DNA of 64,000 bases, taken from Actinomycetes bacterium. Lineage in GTDB: Bacteria; Actinomycetota; Coriobacteriia; Coriobacteriales; UBA8131. The stretch covers positions 1,105 through 65,104 of the forward strand of contig WRGR01000039.1 of the NCBI GenBank assembly GCA_009787085.1. Reading direction: 5' to 3'. The notes beneath the pieces are model-generated. The model was given only the letters and a program-made list of their open reading frames with translations, was not told the origin of the DNA and did not search any database. Below, piece after piece: positions 46,285 to 56,835 of this stretch (positions are counted from its first letter, which is position 1; every line of letters begins with the position of its first letter). The position numbers were made by a program, and so were the translations under genes.

Positions 46285-46545
46285 CCTTTTGAATCATCGT
46301 ACAAAAAACATCCAGCCTGTTTGTTGGAGCCGACAGTGTTGGTTCATCCTGAAAACGGTGGATATCCGACCCTGTCGTAGCACCGTTTGTCGCAAAATAC
46401 GGTGTAGCACTTCGATAATGTACATTGTAACGCAAGGGGAGCCATAAATAATGCGACCGTAGCGTATTGGGAGCCAAAAAAATGATCCGAGAAGCAAGTC
46501 AGATTGATGCCGCTATGGCTTGATCATTCCTCTCGCTAACTGCTG

Positions 46546-47457
46546 TCACATCACTGAAAGGTCATATGGCGTCTCCTGGTATACGTAATGGTTCAGCCAG
46601 TTGGCGAAGAACTGGTGGGCGTAGGTGCTCCAACGCAACATTATAGGCGCAGTGGCATCGTCGTTTTGGTAATAGCCGATCGGCATATTAGTATCCAGGC
46701 CGTTGGCAAGGTCGCGGCGGTATTCCGCATCCAGGGTGTCGGTTTCGTATTCCAAGTGGCCGGTGATGAACACCTTGCGGTGCTCAGGGCTGGCCATGAT
46801 CACAGCGCCTGCAGTGTCGGACCCGGCCAAGACCTTCAGGCCGGAGGTTTTCAAGTCGCTAGGCAGCACTGTCGCGTAACGGGACTGCGGCATCCAGAAG
46901 GGGTCGTCGATGCCGATCAACAGGCGGCTGCTCTTGTCGAAGTGCTCCATGGGGTAAATGCCGAAGAGCTTCTCTTCTGCTAGCCTCGGTTCAATGCCGA
47001 AGAAGTGGTGCAGTGCCGCCGTCGCGCCCCAGCAGATGAACAGGCTGCGGTAGACGTGGTGGCGCGACCACTCGAATATCCGACACAGCTCGTCCCAGTA
47101 GTCGACCTGCTCAAAGGGCAGGGTTTCCAATGGGGCGCCAGTAACGATCAGGCCATCGAAGCGCTCGTCGACGATGCTGCGGGAGTCGGTATAAAAAGCT
47201 TCTAAGTGCTCAGCCGAGGTGTTGCGCGATACGTGTCCGCCGATTTTCACCAAACTGGCATTGACTTGCAACGGCGTGTTGGAGAGCAGTCTCAGCAGTT
47301 GGGTTTCAGTGGCTATCTTGGTCGGCATCAAGTTGACAATAGCGATGCGCAAAGGTCGGATATCCTGGCTGGCCGAACGTTGTTCGGTCATCAAAAAGAC
47401 ATTCTCTTGGCGCAAGATGTCGATTGCTGGCAGTCCGTCGGGAACATTTACAGGCAT
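46546..47457 (-). CDS. metA: Homoserine O-acyltransferase, MetA family (predicted acetyltransferase)
   Basis: QDIRPL, NLMP, TETQLLRLL, TGAPLE (Glu here marks acetyl-CoA use), ICWGA, GHLEY. Confidence 0.93.
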   Translation of the reverse strand: MPVNVPDGLPAIDILRQENVFLMTEQRSASQDIRPLRIAIVNLMPTKIATETQLLRLLSNTPLQVNASLVKIGGHVSRNTSAEHLEAFYTDSRSIVDERFDGLIVTGAPLETLPFEQVDYWDELCRIFEWSRHHVYRSLFICWGATAALHHFFGIEPRLAEEKLFGIYPMEHFDKSSRLLIGIDDPFWMPQSRYATVLPSDLKTSGLKVLAGSDTAGAVIMASPEHRKVFITGHLEYETDTLDAEYRRDLANGLDTNMPIGYYQNDDATAPIMLRWSTYAHQFFANWLNHYVYQETPYDLSVM

Positions 47458-47624
47458 AAGGACTCCCTCTTCCGAGGTTTCAGGGCGAAAAGTGTAGGCT
47501 TATGATTATCCCATAATGCAATGAGCTTGCAACGAAATTTTAGATCGGGCCAGGCTTCCTATATAATCAAGTGGTGGGCAGTTGTTTAGCGTTTAACCAT
47601 TTTGTTGAAGGGTGTGAGTCTGCT

Positions 47625-48908
47625 ATGCCTGAGAATCTTCAAGTTGTCTTTGCGGTGTCGGTATTCTTTATTACTTATGCCATCATAGTCTCGGAGAAGA
47701 TCCATCGCAGCATCATTGCGCTGAGCGGCGCCTTCTTGATGGTTGTCTTCGGCATCCTGAGTCACGAGAAGGCTATTGCGGCGATCGACTTCAACGTTAT
47801 CGGCCTTCTGGTGGGGATGATGCTGATTGTCGGCATCATCAAAGATACCGGCATCTTCGAATATTTGGCCGTAAGCATTGCCAAGGCTGCCAAGGGGCGG
47901 CCAGTGGTCATTTTGGCGGCGCTGGCAATGCTTGGTGCCTTGCTGTCTGGAATCTTGGACAACGTGACATTGATACTGCTGATCGTGCCGGTTACTATCT
48001 CGATTGCCCGTTTGCTGGGCATCAGCCCCATCCCTTTGGTCATCTCTGAGGTGCTGTTGAGCAACATCGGCGGCGCGGCCACCTTGATCGGTGACCCCCC
48101 GAACATCATAATCGGCTCGGCTGCTGAGCTGGGCTTCATGGATTTCGTGATCAACCTTGGCCCGGTGCTGCTGGTCATCGCTGTGGTCACCACTGCCCTG
48201 TTGGCCGTGGCCTATCGCCGAAAACTGAAGGTCGATGACGAGCATCGGCAGCGTCTGATGGAAATCGATGCCGCCAAGCAGATCAAGAGCAAGCCGCTGG
48301 CTATTAAGTCGCTGGCAGTGATGGGGCTGGTGATTGTCGGCTTTATCACCCATCAGCTTCTGCATTTGGAGTCGGCAACGATTGCTATGGCCGGTGCCTC
48401 CTTGTTGTTGCTGCTCGTTCGGCCGAATGTGGATAAGACCTTCCGTCATGTTGAATGGCCGGTGATCTTCTTTTTTGTCGGCCTCTTCATTTTGGTCGGC
48501 GGCTTGCAGGCTGTCGGGGCTATCAAGTGGCTGGCTCAACAAGTGGTCGGGCTGACCGGTGGCGAGCTGTTGCCTTCTGGGTTGGCCATCCTTTGGTTCG
48601 CCGGCTTTGCGTCGGGTTTTGTGGATAACATCCCCTTTACCGCAACTATGGTTCCCATTATTCAGGAGATGGGGGGGTTGACCGCAATGCAGGATCTTGC
48701 CCCGCTGTGGTGGAGCTTGGCGCTGGGTGCCTGTTTGGGCGGAAACGCCACCATCGTCGGCGCATCGGCGAACGTGGTGGCCATCGGCATGTTGGACGAG
48801 AAAGGCATGCGGGTCAGTTTCCTGCAATTCATGGCCATCGGCCTACCGTTGACACTGCTGGCACTGCTCATCTCGTCAATCTACCTATACGTTTTCTACC
48901 TGACCTAG
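47625..48908 (+). CDS. ArsB/NhaD-family ion transporter
   Basis: About 12 TM segments; LDNVT, SNIGGAATLIGDPPN, VDNIP, LGGNATIVGASAN. Confidence 0.88.
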   Translation: MPENLQVVFAVSVFFITYAIIVSEKIHRSIIALSGAFLMVVFGILSHEKAIAAIDFNVIGLLVGMMLIVGIIKDTGIFEYLAVSIAKAAKGRPVVILAALAMLGALLSGILDNVTLILLIVPVTISIARLLGISPIPLVISEVLLSNIGGAATLIGDPPNIIIGSAAELGFMDFVINLGPVLLVIAVVTTALLAVAYRRKLKVDDEHRQRLMEIDAAKQIKSKPLAIKSLAVMGLVIVGFITHQLLHLESATIAMAGASLLLLLVRPNVDKTFRHVEWPVIFFFVGLFILVGGLQAVGAIKWLAQQVVGLTGGELLPSGLAILWFAGFASGFVDNIPFTATMVPIIQEMGGLTAMQDLAPLWWSLALGACLGGNATIVGASANVVAIGMLDEKGMRVSFLQFMAIGLPLTLLALLISSIYLYVFYLT

Positions 48909-49082
48909 GGAAGCATCGACTCAGTCATGCTGGGCCTGAAGAGTACGGCCTGGAGGAGCAGAAAGTGCATGGCATGACTAAAAATCGTCGATGGTTAAAC
49001 CCTTAGTGGTCCAAGCAATGCGTTGCAGCCCCGTGTGACCAGTAACGTTTCTGGCATTTCTGCGGGAAACGGAGTCTGCAAC

Positions 49083-49112
49083 TTGCAATGCAGTGGCGTT
49101 GTATGGTATAAA
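49083..49112 (+). promoter_or_regulatory. Promoter of the rimP-nusA-infB operon
   Basis: TTGCAA, 18-bp spacer, TGgTATAAA. Confidence 0.55.
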
Positions 49113-49183
49113 TACTATCACCAGTTAGTTGGTCGCTTTACCACGCCGATGGCTGGTTGCGTGGAAACAGTGCTGTCCGTCCG

Positions 49184-49215
49184 AGAAAGTGGGCCTTGTC
49201 CCGCTTTCTTTTGTT
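49184..49215 (+). terminator. rimP leader attenuator hairpin
   Basis: AGAAAGTGGG-CCTTGT-CCCGCTTTCT-TTTGTT, located in the rimP 5' leader. Confidence 0.7.
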
Positions 49216-49265
49216 GACGGGCGCTTGTTGTTGTGTTCGGATTCGAGAGGTAAAGGAAGCTTTGC

Positions 49266-49859
49266 GTGGCGCTACGCTGCAGGAAACACAGGTTGATTGC
49301 CAGTTTGGAGACGGCAGCGCTGCAGCATGGTCTGGAACTGGTGGATCTGGAGCTGACAAGCTATCACGGTCAGAGGATTGTGCGGGTTTACCTTGAGGCT
49401 ACGGCAGTGGACGGTCAACGACACCCCCTTGACCTCGACGAACTGGCAGCAGCCAACAGTTGGGTTGATGCCATACTTGAGGTTGATCCGCCCTATAACG
49501 GGGCGTATCTGCTGGAAGTGTCGTCAGCCGGCCTTGACCGTCCCTTGCGGACGTTGGAGCATTTCCGGCGTTTTTGTGGTGAGCGGGTCAAGCTGTCCAG
49601 TGAGGCCGTTGATGGCCGTCGCAATTGGACAGGGGAGCTGGCGGGTGTTCTGGACGGCGTTGCAGACAGCGCTATCGGCAGCACTACGGGCACCACGAGC
49701 AGTGCCGTCGGCCAGTCGGAAGTTGAGGCTGGGCAGCCGGGTGCGCTCGTTTTGGTTAAGCTTGATGGATTAGAAGAGCCGGCGCGTATCCCGTTCGCCA
49801 TGATAAGAAAGGCGCACGTGCAGGCTAAATTACAGTTCAATAACGGAAAGGGTCAATGA
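49266..49859 (+). CDS. rimP: Ribosome maturation factor RimP
   Basis: LELVDLE, VRVYLE, YLLEVSSAGLDRPL; low-complexity insertion. Confidence 0.92.
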   Translation: MALRCRKHRLIASLETAALQHGLELVDLELTSYHGQRIVRVYLEATAVDGQRHPLDLDELAAANSWVDAILEVDPPYNGAYLLEVSSAGLDRPLRTLEHFRRFCGERVKLSSEAVDGRRNWTGELAGVLDGVADSAIGSTTGTTSSAVGQSEVEAGQPGALVLVKLDGLEEPARIPFAMIRKAHVQAKLQFNNGKGQ

Positions 49860-51175
49860 TGTCTTCGGAGTTAATGTCGGCACTGGAAGCTCTGGCTACG
49901 GAAAAGAATATCGACGAGATGTACCTTTTAGAGCGCTTGGAGCGTTCTTTGGCCGAGAGTTATGAGCGGATCCTAGGGTTGCCCGAAAAGCGCACTAGGG
50001 TCACCATCAACCGGGAAAATGGCGAGATCTACGTTTTTGAACTGGTTCCAGTGGGTGATCCTGATCCGGAGAGCGGCGAATACGAGAAATTCGATGAGCG
50101 TGATGTGACGCCCAAAGATGTCAGCCGCATCGCTGCCCAAAACGCCAAGAACGTGATCATGACCATTGTCCGTGAGGCCGGGCGGCAGCAGATCTATGCT
50201 GAGTTCTCCGACCGTATCGGCGAGCTGGTGAACGGCACGGTGCTGCAGTCCACAGCGGATTTCACGATCATCAAGATCAGAGACGGTGTGGAGGCCGAAC
50301 TGCCGCATTTCGATACCAAGCGTTATCCCGATGAGCGCAACGAGAAGCCGGCTGGCGAGTACTACCACCATAACATGCGACTACGTTCGCTGATCATCGC
50401 AGTGCGTGACCCGAGCCGCAAAGACACCAATGTCCGCAATGAGAATACCCGACCGGGGATAGTCGTCTCCCGGACGCACCCCGATTTGATCCGGCGGCTT
50501 TTCGAGATGGAGGTGCCGGAGATCTACGACGGTTTGGTGGAGATCAAAAACATCGCCCGTGAGTCCGGGGCTCGCTCCAAGGTGGCTGTTGCATCCCGTG
50601 ACGCCCACTTGGATCCGGTTGGCGCCTGCGTTGGCCCGAAGGGTTCACGGGTACGGATGGTGGTCGAAGAGCTGAAAAGCGAGCGCGTTGATGTTATCCA
50701 GTGGGACGAGAAGCCTGAGATTTACGTGAAGAACGCCCTTTCGCCGGCCAAGGCCGACAGAGTGATAATCTCTATGGACAAGCCTAACTACGCCACGGTG
50801 ATCGTCCCAGATGACCAGCTCTCTTTGGCTATCGGCAAGGAAGGGCAAAACGCCCGGTTGGCCGCCAAGCTGACTGGCTGGCATATCGATATCAAGTCTA
50901 CCGCCCTGATGGGCGGTGTTGTCGGGCAAGCTATGGAGACGCTGCTAGACGAGGAAGAGGCACCAACCAAAAGCGAGGATGGGCGTTGCGAGTATATTGC
51001 TGCCAATGGTTTGCGTTGCCCGAACCACGCCCTCTCTGACAGCCGTTTTTGCCGCATACATGGCCAGGCCGTGGCCGATGGCCAGGCCGTGGCCGATGAG
51101 CAGGCCGTGGCCGATGAGCAGGCCGATGCCGATGAGCAGGCCGTGGCCGATGAGCAGGCCAAGGGGGAGAGCTAA
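49856..51175 (+). CDS. nusA: Transcription factor NusA with a C-terminal Cys3His motif and a repeat tail
   Basis: [53 protein letters not shown]. Confidence 0.97.
   Translation: MMSSELMSALEALATEKNIDEMYLLERLERSLAESYERILGLPEKRTRVTINRENGEIYVFELVPVGDPDPESGEYEKFDERDVTPKDVSRIAAQNAKNVIMTIVREAGRQQIYAEFSDRIGELVNGTVLQSTADFTIIKIRDGVEAELPHFDTKRYPDERNEKPAGEYYHHNMRLRSLIIAVRDPSRKDTNVRNENTRPGIVVSRTHPDLIRRLFEMEVPEIYDGLVEIKNIARESGARSKVAVASRDAHLDPVGACVGPKGSRVRMVVEELKSERVDVIQWDEKPEIYVKNALSPAKADRVIISMDKPNYATVIVPDDQLSLAIGKEGQNARLAAKLTGWHIDIKSTALMGGVVGQAMETLLDEEEAPTKSEDGRCEYIAANGLRCPNHALSDSRFCRIHGQAVADGQAVADEQAVADEQADADEQAVADEQAKGES
51065..51160 (+). repeat. 18-bp in-frame tandem repeat x5.3 (QAVADE) in nusA
   Basis: CAGGCCGTGGCCGATGAG units. 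Confidence 0.93.
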
Positions 51176-51182
51176 GCGCTGT

Positions 51183-51497
51183 ATGGCTGTTCGCAAAGCA
51201 ACAACACATGAGGCTTGGCGGAGCTGCATCGCCTGTCGACGACAGGCGCCGAAGCCTGCCTTGGTGCGTATCGTCTGCGATGCGGAGCATACTGTACGCA
51301 TTGACCCCGGCGGTCGCGTTGCTGGCCGTGGTGCCTATTTGTGTAAGTGTTCGGAGTGCTTTGCCAACGCTCGCCGCAAACGGCGCTTGGAGCAGGCATT
51401 ACGGCTGAGCATTGCCGATAACGTATACGAGCGCTTGGGTCGGGAGTTTTCCGATCTTTGCTGCCTGAACATGGAAGAGGACAGAATTGATGGCTAG
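51183..51497 (+). CDS. ylxR: YlxR/DUF448 family protein
   Basis: RSCIACR...K..LVRIV, GRGAYLC...C; lies between nusA and infB. Confidence 0.9.
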   Translation: MAVRKATTHEAWRSCIACRRQAPKPALVRIVCDAEHTVRIDPGGRVAGRGAYLCKCSECFANARRKRRLEQALRLSIADNVYERLGREFSDLCCLNMEEDRIDG

Positions 51498-54400
51498 CAT
51501 GCGTGTACATGAGCTGGCGAAGGAATTGAACCTGGACTCCAAGGATCTCTTATCTCGCTTGGAGGAAATGAAGATTCCCGTCAAAAGCCATTCATCTACC
51601 TTAAACGATGCTTTTGTGGCGCGTATCCGTAAGCAGTTGGGTGCGGAGACGGCTGCTGCTGCAGCGGCAGCAGATGCCAAACGGCTAGCTGAAGAGCAGC
51701 TACAGGCACAAGCTGAGCGGAAAGAGCGTGAAGCTGCCGAGGTTCATCGGCGGCGCGCCGCAGAACAGGAGCGTGCCCGGCGTCGCAAGGAGCGTGCCCA
51801 AAACGACGATCTTGGTGAGCCGACAGCCCAGGATGGTGCCACAGAAACATCGGAAGGCACCAACAAGGCAACTCAATCCAATGTCGCAACGGAGCCAGGC
51901 GAGGACAAAGGGCCAAAGAAGCCGATTCCGCGCTTCAGCGGGTTACTCTCTCAAATTGAGGCCGAGAACCGTCGTTTGGCAGACGAGAAGAAGCGGGCGG
52001 CCAAAAACCAAGCTGAATCCGAGGCCAAGGCCAAGGCATCCAAGCAAGCCGCTACCGGCGGCGCGGCTTCGGCAAAGAGCCGGGTCACAGGCGGCGGCGG
52101 CGCGGCAGCGGCCAGAGCCACTGGCCAATCTGCCACCAAGGCAGCTCTGGGCGTACCGGGCGACGGTGCGGCTGGCGCACAGCGTTTGCCCCAAGGCCAA
52201 AGTACAAAAGCAAGTCAAGCTGCCGCTGTCTTGGCGGCCTCACAATCTGCTGGCCGGCCGGCAGCGGATGGCGCTGCCCCGCTCTCGTCTGCCGATGCCG
52301 CCCAAACCAAGGTTTCACAGTTTGGCCACCCGGCCGGTGATGCTCCGATCACGGTTGATAACGTTGGCAGTCAAGCCTTGGATCAGGCCACAGTTGTCTC
52401 AGCGGCCGCAGATCCAGCAGCCTCGGGAAGCACTGGCCAGCCCGTTGGCCAGACTGGCCCAGAGGCTGCCCAAGATGCCGCCAAGGATCACGGGTCCGGC
52501 AAGGTCGGCAATACCGCCGGAGGCTCTGGAGGTAGCACTGATCAGAATGTTGTCGATAAGCCTGGCAAGGCTGGTCGTAAAAAGGATACGGCCAAGCGTT
52601 CCCAAGGCCACGCTCTGGACGATTATGCCAACTACAACAGCGGCACAGACGAGTTTGATGACGACCGCTATCGTCAGATGGCCTTGGCGGCCGAGAAGTT
52701 CCAGCGAGAGCGGGTGCTGGCCGAGGCGCGGGCAGCTGTCGAGGCCGCCAGCAGCGAAGGCGAGGGCCGTCGCCGTAAACGCCGGGAGCGGCGCGAGGCG
52801 GAGGCCAAAGAGCGAATTGAGCTGGAGGCCATTGAGAAGGGTGTTGATCCAGAGCTTTTGCTCGGCGACGATGTGATTCAGGTGACCAGCGGTGCCAGTG
52901 TCAGCGAGCTGGCAGATGCGATGCAGATCCCGGCCAACGACATCGTCAAGAGGCTCTTCATGCTAGGAACGATGATGACTGTCACCCAATCGATGAGCGA
53001 TGAGCTGGTTGAACTGATAGCCGAGGATATGGGCTATAAGGTACACGTCGTTTCTCCGGAAGAAGAGTACGCTGTTTCCATCTATGACTCTGAGGCCGAT
53101 CTTCAGCCCCGCCCACCGGTAGTGACCGTCATGGGCCATGTCGACCATGGCAAAACCTCGCTTTTGGACGCGATCCGCGAGACTAGTGTAGTGTCCGGTG
53201 AGGCCGGCGGCATCACCCAGCATATCGGTGCCTCGGTGGTGGACATCAACAACCGCCAGATCACCTTTATCGACACGCCGGGGCACGAGGCGTTCACGGC
53301 CATGCGGGCTCGGGGTGCTAAGGTCACCGATGTCGTGGTGTTGGTGGTGGCCGCCGATGACGGCGTCATGCCGCAGACTGTTGAGGCTATCCATCATGCT
53401 GAAGCCGCCGGTGTGCCGATTGTTGTGGCCATCAACAAGATAGACAAGCCCGGGGCGAATCTCGACCGGGTGCGCAACGAGCTTTCCGAACAGGGCATCA
53501 TCTCTGAGGAGTGGGGTGGCCAGAACATGTTCGTAGAGGTTTCGGCGCGGATGAAGGTAGGCATCGACGACCTCTTGGAGACCATTTTGCTGCAAGCCGA
53601 TGTGCTGGAGCTGAGGGCCAACCCCAATGCCGCCGCCTCCGGCTTCGTGATCGAAGCCAAGCTGGATAAGGGCCGAGGTCCTGTGGCCACCGTGCTGGTC
53701 CAGCGCGGCTGCCTGCATGGCGGCGACACCGTGGTGGCCGGGACCTCCTTTGGCCACGTGCGTGCCCTGATCAACCCAAAGGGCGAGATGGTGGCGGCGG
53801 CCTATCCCGCCGACCCAGTGGAGATACTCGGCCTGAGCAGCGTTCCCGAGGCCGGCGACGAGTTCCGGGTCTTTGCCGAAGAGCGCGATGCTCGCAACTT
53901 GGCCGTTGACCGGGCGCTGCGCAAGCGTCAAGCCGAGCAACAAGAGCGCGGCCATGCATCCTTGGAAGACCTTTTCGCCCGTATCGAAGAGGGTGCCGAA
54001 GAGCTGAACTTGGTGGTTAAGGCCGATGTGCAAGGTTCCATTGAGGCATTGAAGGATGCCTTGGCCAAGATGGATCAAGATGAGGTGCGGCTCAACGTCA
54101 TCCATTCGGCAGTCGGCGGCATCACCGAGACCGATGTCACCTTGGCAGCGGCCTCCGATGCTGTTATCATCGGCTTTAACGTTCGTCCCCAGCCCAAGGC
54201 GCGCTTGGCTGCCGAGCGCGAGAAAGTTGAGATCAAGACCTACCGGGTCATCTATCAGGCCATCGAAGACATCAACCAGGCTCGTATCGGCCTGCTGAAG
54301 CCAGATGTCGTGGAGGAAGAGACCGGTGCCGCCGAGGTCTTGCAGCTCTTCCGGGTGCCGAAGCAGGGTACCATTGCCGGCTGTTTGGTGTCTGAGGGCG

Positions 54401-54609
54401 AGATCGAGTCCAGCAACAACCTGCGGGTGGTGCGGGACGGTGCCGTGGTCTTTGAGGGCAAGATTGCCTCGCTACGTCACTACCGTGACGAGGTGAAGTC
54501 GGTGCGTGGCGGCTCGGAATGCGGTATTGGCGTCGAAGGCTTCCAAGACCTGAAAGAGGGCGATATCCTTGAAGCCTATCGGATGAAGGAAGTCGCCCGT
54601 GACTCATGA
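51490..54609 (+). CDS. infB: Translation initiation factor IF-2
   Basis: [48 protein letters not shown]. Confidence 0.98.
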   Translation: MASMRVHELAKELNLDSKDLLSRLEEMKIPVKSHSSTLNDAFVARIRKQLGAETAAAAAAADAKRLAEEQLQAQAERKEREAAEVHRRRAAEQERARRRKERAQNDDLGEPTAQDGATETSEGTNKATQSNVATEPGEDKGPKKPIPRFSGLLSQIEAENRRLADEKKRAAKNQAESEAKAKASKQAATGGAASAKSRVTGGGGAAAARATGQSATKAALGVPGDGAAGAQRLPQGQSTKASQAAAVLAASQSAGRPAADGAAPLSSADAAQTKVSQFGHPAGDAPITVDNVGSQALDQATVVSAAADPAASGSTGQPVGQTGPEAAQDAAKDHGSGKVGNTAGGSGGSTDQNVVDKPGKAGRKKDTAKRSQGHALDDYANYNSGTDEFDDDRYRQMALAAEKFQRERVLAEARAAVEAASSEGEGRRRKRRERREAEAKERIELEAIEKGVDPELLLGDDVIQVTSGASVSELADAMQIPANDIVKRLFMLGTMMTVTQSMSDELVELIAEDMGYKVHVVSPEEEYAVSIYDSEADLQPRPPVVTVMGHVDHGKTSLLDAIRETSVVSGEAGGITQHIGASVVDINNRQITFIDTPGHEAFTAMRARGAKVTDVVVLVVAADDGVMPQTVEAIHHAEAAGVPIVVAINKIDKPGANLDRVRNELSEQGIISEEWGGQNMFVEVSARMKVGIDDLLETILLQADVLELRANPNAAASGFVIEAKLDKGRGPVATVLVQRGCLHGGDTVVAGTSFGHVRALINPKGEMVAAAYPADPVEILGLSSVPEAGDEFRVFAEERDARNLAVDRALRKRQAEQQERGHASLEDLFARIEEGAEELNLVVKADVQGSIEALKDALAKMDQDEVRLNVIHSAVGGITETDVTLAAASDAVIIGFNVRPQPKARLAAEREKVEIKTYRVIYQAIEDINQARIGLLKPDVVEEETGAAEVLQLFRVPKQGTIAGCLVSEGEIESSNNLRVVRDGAVVFEGKIASLRHYRDEVKSVRGGSECGIGVEGFQDLKEGDILEAYRMKEVARDS

Positions 54610-54622
54610 TAGGGGCTGAGTA

Positions 54623-55024
54623 ATAAAGCAAAGCGCACATACCCGTAAGGCCAACGAAGCGGTCAAGGAAGCCTTGGCCAAGGTCTTATTGGTAGGTGTC
54701 TCCGACCCGCGTTTGGGCAATGTGACAGTTGGCGGCGTCGAGGTCAGCCCTGACCGCCGGGTGGCCAAGGCCTTCATGATCGTCGATGATGCCCACGCTG
54801 ACGAGGTGCTGGCCGGCCTACAAAGCGCCAAGGGCCGTATCCGCAGCTTGCTCAGCCAAGAGCTGGGCTGGCGCTACACGCCGGAACTGCGCTTTGGGAT
54901 GGACACCACTTTGGATGAGGCCGATAATATTCGCAAGGCTTTGAAGCATGTGCCGCCGACGCTGGCGATAGCCAAGGACGATCACGGCTACCCGTTGCCC
55001 GAGGCTGGCACCTGTAAAGAATAG
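54623..55024 (+). CDS. rbfA: Ribosome-binding factor A (apparent ATA start)
   Basis: (M)KQSAHTRKANEAVKEALA...VSDPRL, VEVSPD, SAKGRIRS, RYTPELRF; directly after infB. Confidence 0.92.
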   Translation: MKQSAHTRKANEAVKEALAKVLLVGVSDPRLGNVTVGGVEVSPDRRVAKAFMIVDDAHADEVLAGLQSAKGRIRSLLSQELGWRYTPELRFGMDTTLDEADNIRKALKHVPPTLAIAKDDHGYPLPEAGTCKE

Positions 55025-55036
55025 GGGGATAAAGCG

Positions 55037-56095
55037 ATGCTTCCCGACGGGGCATTCTCAAGAACTGCCGAGCTGTTCAGGCCCGGCATGAAGGTGGCGC
55101 TTTGCGGCCATCGCAACCCTGATGGCGATGCCTTGGGGTCGTCGGTGGCGATGACACTTTGGCTGGAAGGCATAGGCTGTGATGTGGTGCAGCTTTTAGC
55201 TGACGGCCCCGATGCCCCTGAGCTTTACTCCTTCTTGGCGGGCTATGACTTCACTGCTGCTGCCGACTACCATGGCACCCCCGACCTCTTTGTGGCGCTC
55301 GACCTCTCCACCCCCTCTAGGCTGGGGGCGGCCGAGGCGGTGCTGAAACGCTCACCGCGCTCTTTGGTCATCGACCATCACCGCGGCTATGACGGTTTTG
55401 CCGACCAAGCGTTGAGCAGCCCGGAGGCGGCAGCCTGTGGCTTGATCGTCTGGCAGTTGATCGGGCATGCTGGGTACCTCCGCAGCCGCCAGATGGCTGA
55501 GGCCTGTTATGTTGCCCTGATCACTGACACCGGGCGTTTTGCCTTCCAAAACACCGATGAAGAGGCCTTGTTGGCAGCGGCGGAGATGGTTGCGGCGGGC
55601 GCTCACCCGGCCTTGATCTCGAGTTTGATCTATGACCAGCGCTCGCCGGGGGCGATGGCACTGGAGGCCAAGGTGATCGAGCGGATGCGCCTGTTGTTTG
55701 ACGGTAAGGTGGTTTGCTCTTGGCTGGACGACCACGATCTCGCCGCATTTTTGGTGGAGAAAGACGAGACGGAAGGCCTGCCGACGTTGCTCCGCTCACT
55801 GAAGGGTGTCGAGGTGGCGATATTGCTGCGCAAAGAAGGCGGCAAGGTGCGGGCCAACCTGCGCGCTAAGGGCGGCTTTGACGTGGCGGCGATCGCCAAG
55901 GGCTTTGGCGGCGGCGGCCATACCGCAGCCGCCGGCTTCACTTTTGCGGGCAGCTTGGAGGCGGTAATCGAGGCTGTCAGTGAGAAGTTGGCGGCCACCG
56001 CGATAGGCACGACCAGCCAGCAACCGTTGTCTGTTTCGGACTCGGTCGTATCTTCGGGGCCTGCCCTGGCAGCCAACTGCACAGAGGCACAGTAA
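55037..56095 (+). CDS. nrnA: DHH/DHHA1 phosphoesterase (NrnA-like)
   Basis: HRNPDGDALGS, IDHH, TDTGRF, GGGGH..AAG. Confidence 0.9.
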   Translation: MLPDGAFSRTAELFRPGMKVALCGHRNPDGDALGSSVAMTLWLEGIGCDVVQLLADGPDAPELYSFLAGYDFTAAADYHGTPDLFVALDLSTPSRLGAAEAVLKRSPRSLVIDHHRGYDGFADQALSSPEAAACGLIVWQLIGHAGYLRSRQMAEACYVALITDTGRFAFQNTDEEALLAAAEMVAAGAHPALISSLIYDQRSPGAMALEAKVIERMRLLFDGKVVCSWLDDHDLAAFLVEKDETEGLPTLLRSLKGVEVAILLRKEGGKVRANLRAKGGFDVAAIAKGFGGGGHTAAAGFTFAGSLEAVIEAVSEKLAATAIGTTSQQPLSVSDSVVSSGPALAANCTEAQ

Positions 56096-56106
56096 GGGCA
56101 GCCACG

Positions 56107-56835
56107 ATGGGCCGCGCTCGCCGTGGGGCTACCGATTTGAACGGGGTGCTGTTGGTGGACAAGCCGACTGGCATCACCTCCCACGATGTGGTGGACTGTT
56201 TGCGTCGGGCTTCTGGTGAAGGCCGCATCGGCCATGCCGGCACACTTGACCCAATGGCCACTGGACTGCTGGTGGTCTGTGTGGGGCCAGCCACCAAGCT
56301 GGCAGAGCACCTGACGGCTGCGGATAAAAGCTATCTCGCCCGCATCATCTTCGGCACCTCGACCGCCACCGATGATAGGGAAGGCGAGGTGCTGGAGCAG
56401 GCCACGCCGCCAGCCTGTCTTGCAGATCCCGAGTACGTGCAGTCGATACTGGCCGCTTTCGTCGGCGAGATATCCCAGATGCCGCCACAGTTCTCGGCCA
56501 TCAAGCTGGACGGCGTGCCCGCCTATCGTCTGGCCCGTCAGGGCCGGCAAGCCGAGCTCAAAGCCCGGCAGGTGCGGATATCGAGCCTTGAGTTGTTGGC
56601 TGCTACTGCCGATAGCTGGGATATCAGTGCCGATGTCTCCAAAGGCACCTATATTCGCTCCTTGGCCAGAGATATCGGCCAAGCGGTGGGCTGTCCCGCC
56701 CATCTGGGGGAGCTGCGGCGCTCGGCCGTTGGCCAGTGGCGTGTTTCCCAGGCGCAGCCGCTGGCCGAGCTGGAGGCGGCCGCCCGGGCCGGGAGCCTGA
56801 CGGAGCATTTCTTGGAGCTGGCGGTCGGTCAGTGA
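56107..56835 (+). CDS. truB: tRNA pseudouridine(55) synthase
   Basis: DKPTGITSHDVV, GHAGTLDPMATG, PPQFSAIK, SKGTYIRSLARD. Confidence 0.96.
   Translation: MGRARRGATDLNGVLLVDKPTGITSHDVVDCLRRASGEGRIGHAGTLDPMATGLLVVCVGPATKLAEHLTAADKSYLARIIFGTSTATDDREGEVLEQATPPACLADPEYVQSILAAFVGEISQMPPQFSAIKLDGVPAYRLARQGRQAELKARQVRISSLELLAATADSWDISADVSKGTYIRSLARDIGQAVGCPAHLGELRRSAVGQWRVSQAQPLAELEAAARAGSLTEHFLELAVGQ

Noticed and set aside
46285-46545. ncRNA between the membrane-protein gene and metA
   Set aside because: Only one modest hairpin (CACCGT/ACGGTG) and a 7-bp repeat; insufficient support.
47458-47624. SAM riboswitch or T-box upstream of metA
   Set aside because: No recognisable aptamer motifs; the short region looks like divergent promoters only.
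47586-48827. Long antisense or alternate-frame ORFs (also 52963-54105, 55630-56808, 51728-52876, 61391-62374)
   Set aside because: These are shadows of clear genes, expected from GC-rich codon bias, and carry no recognisable motifs.
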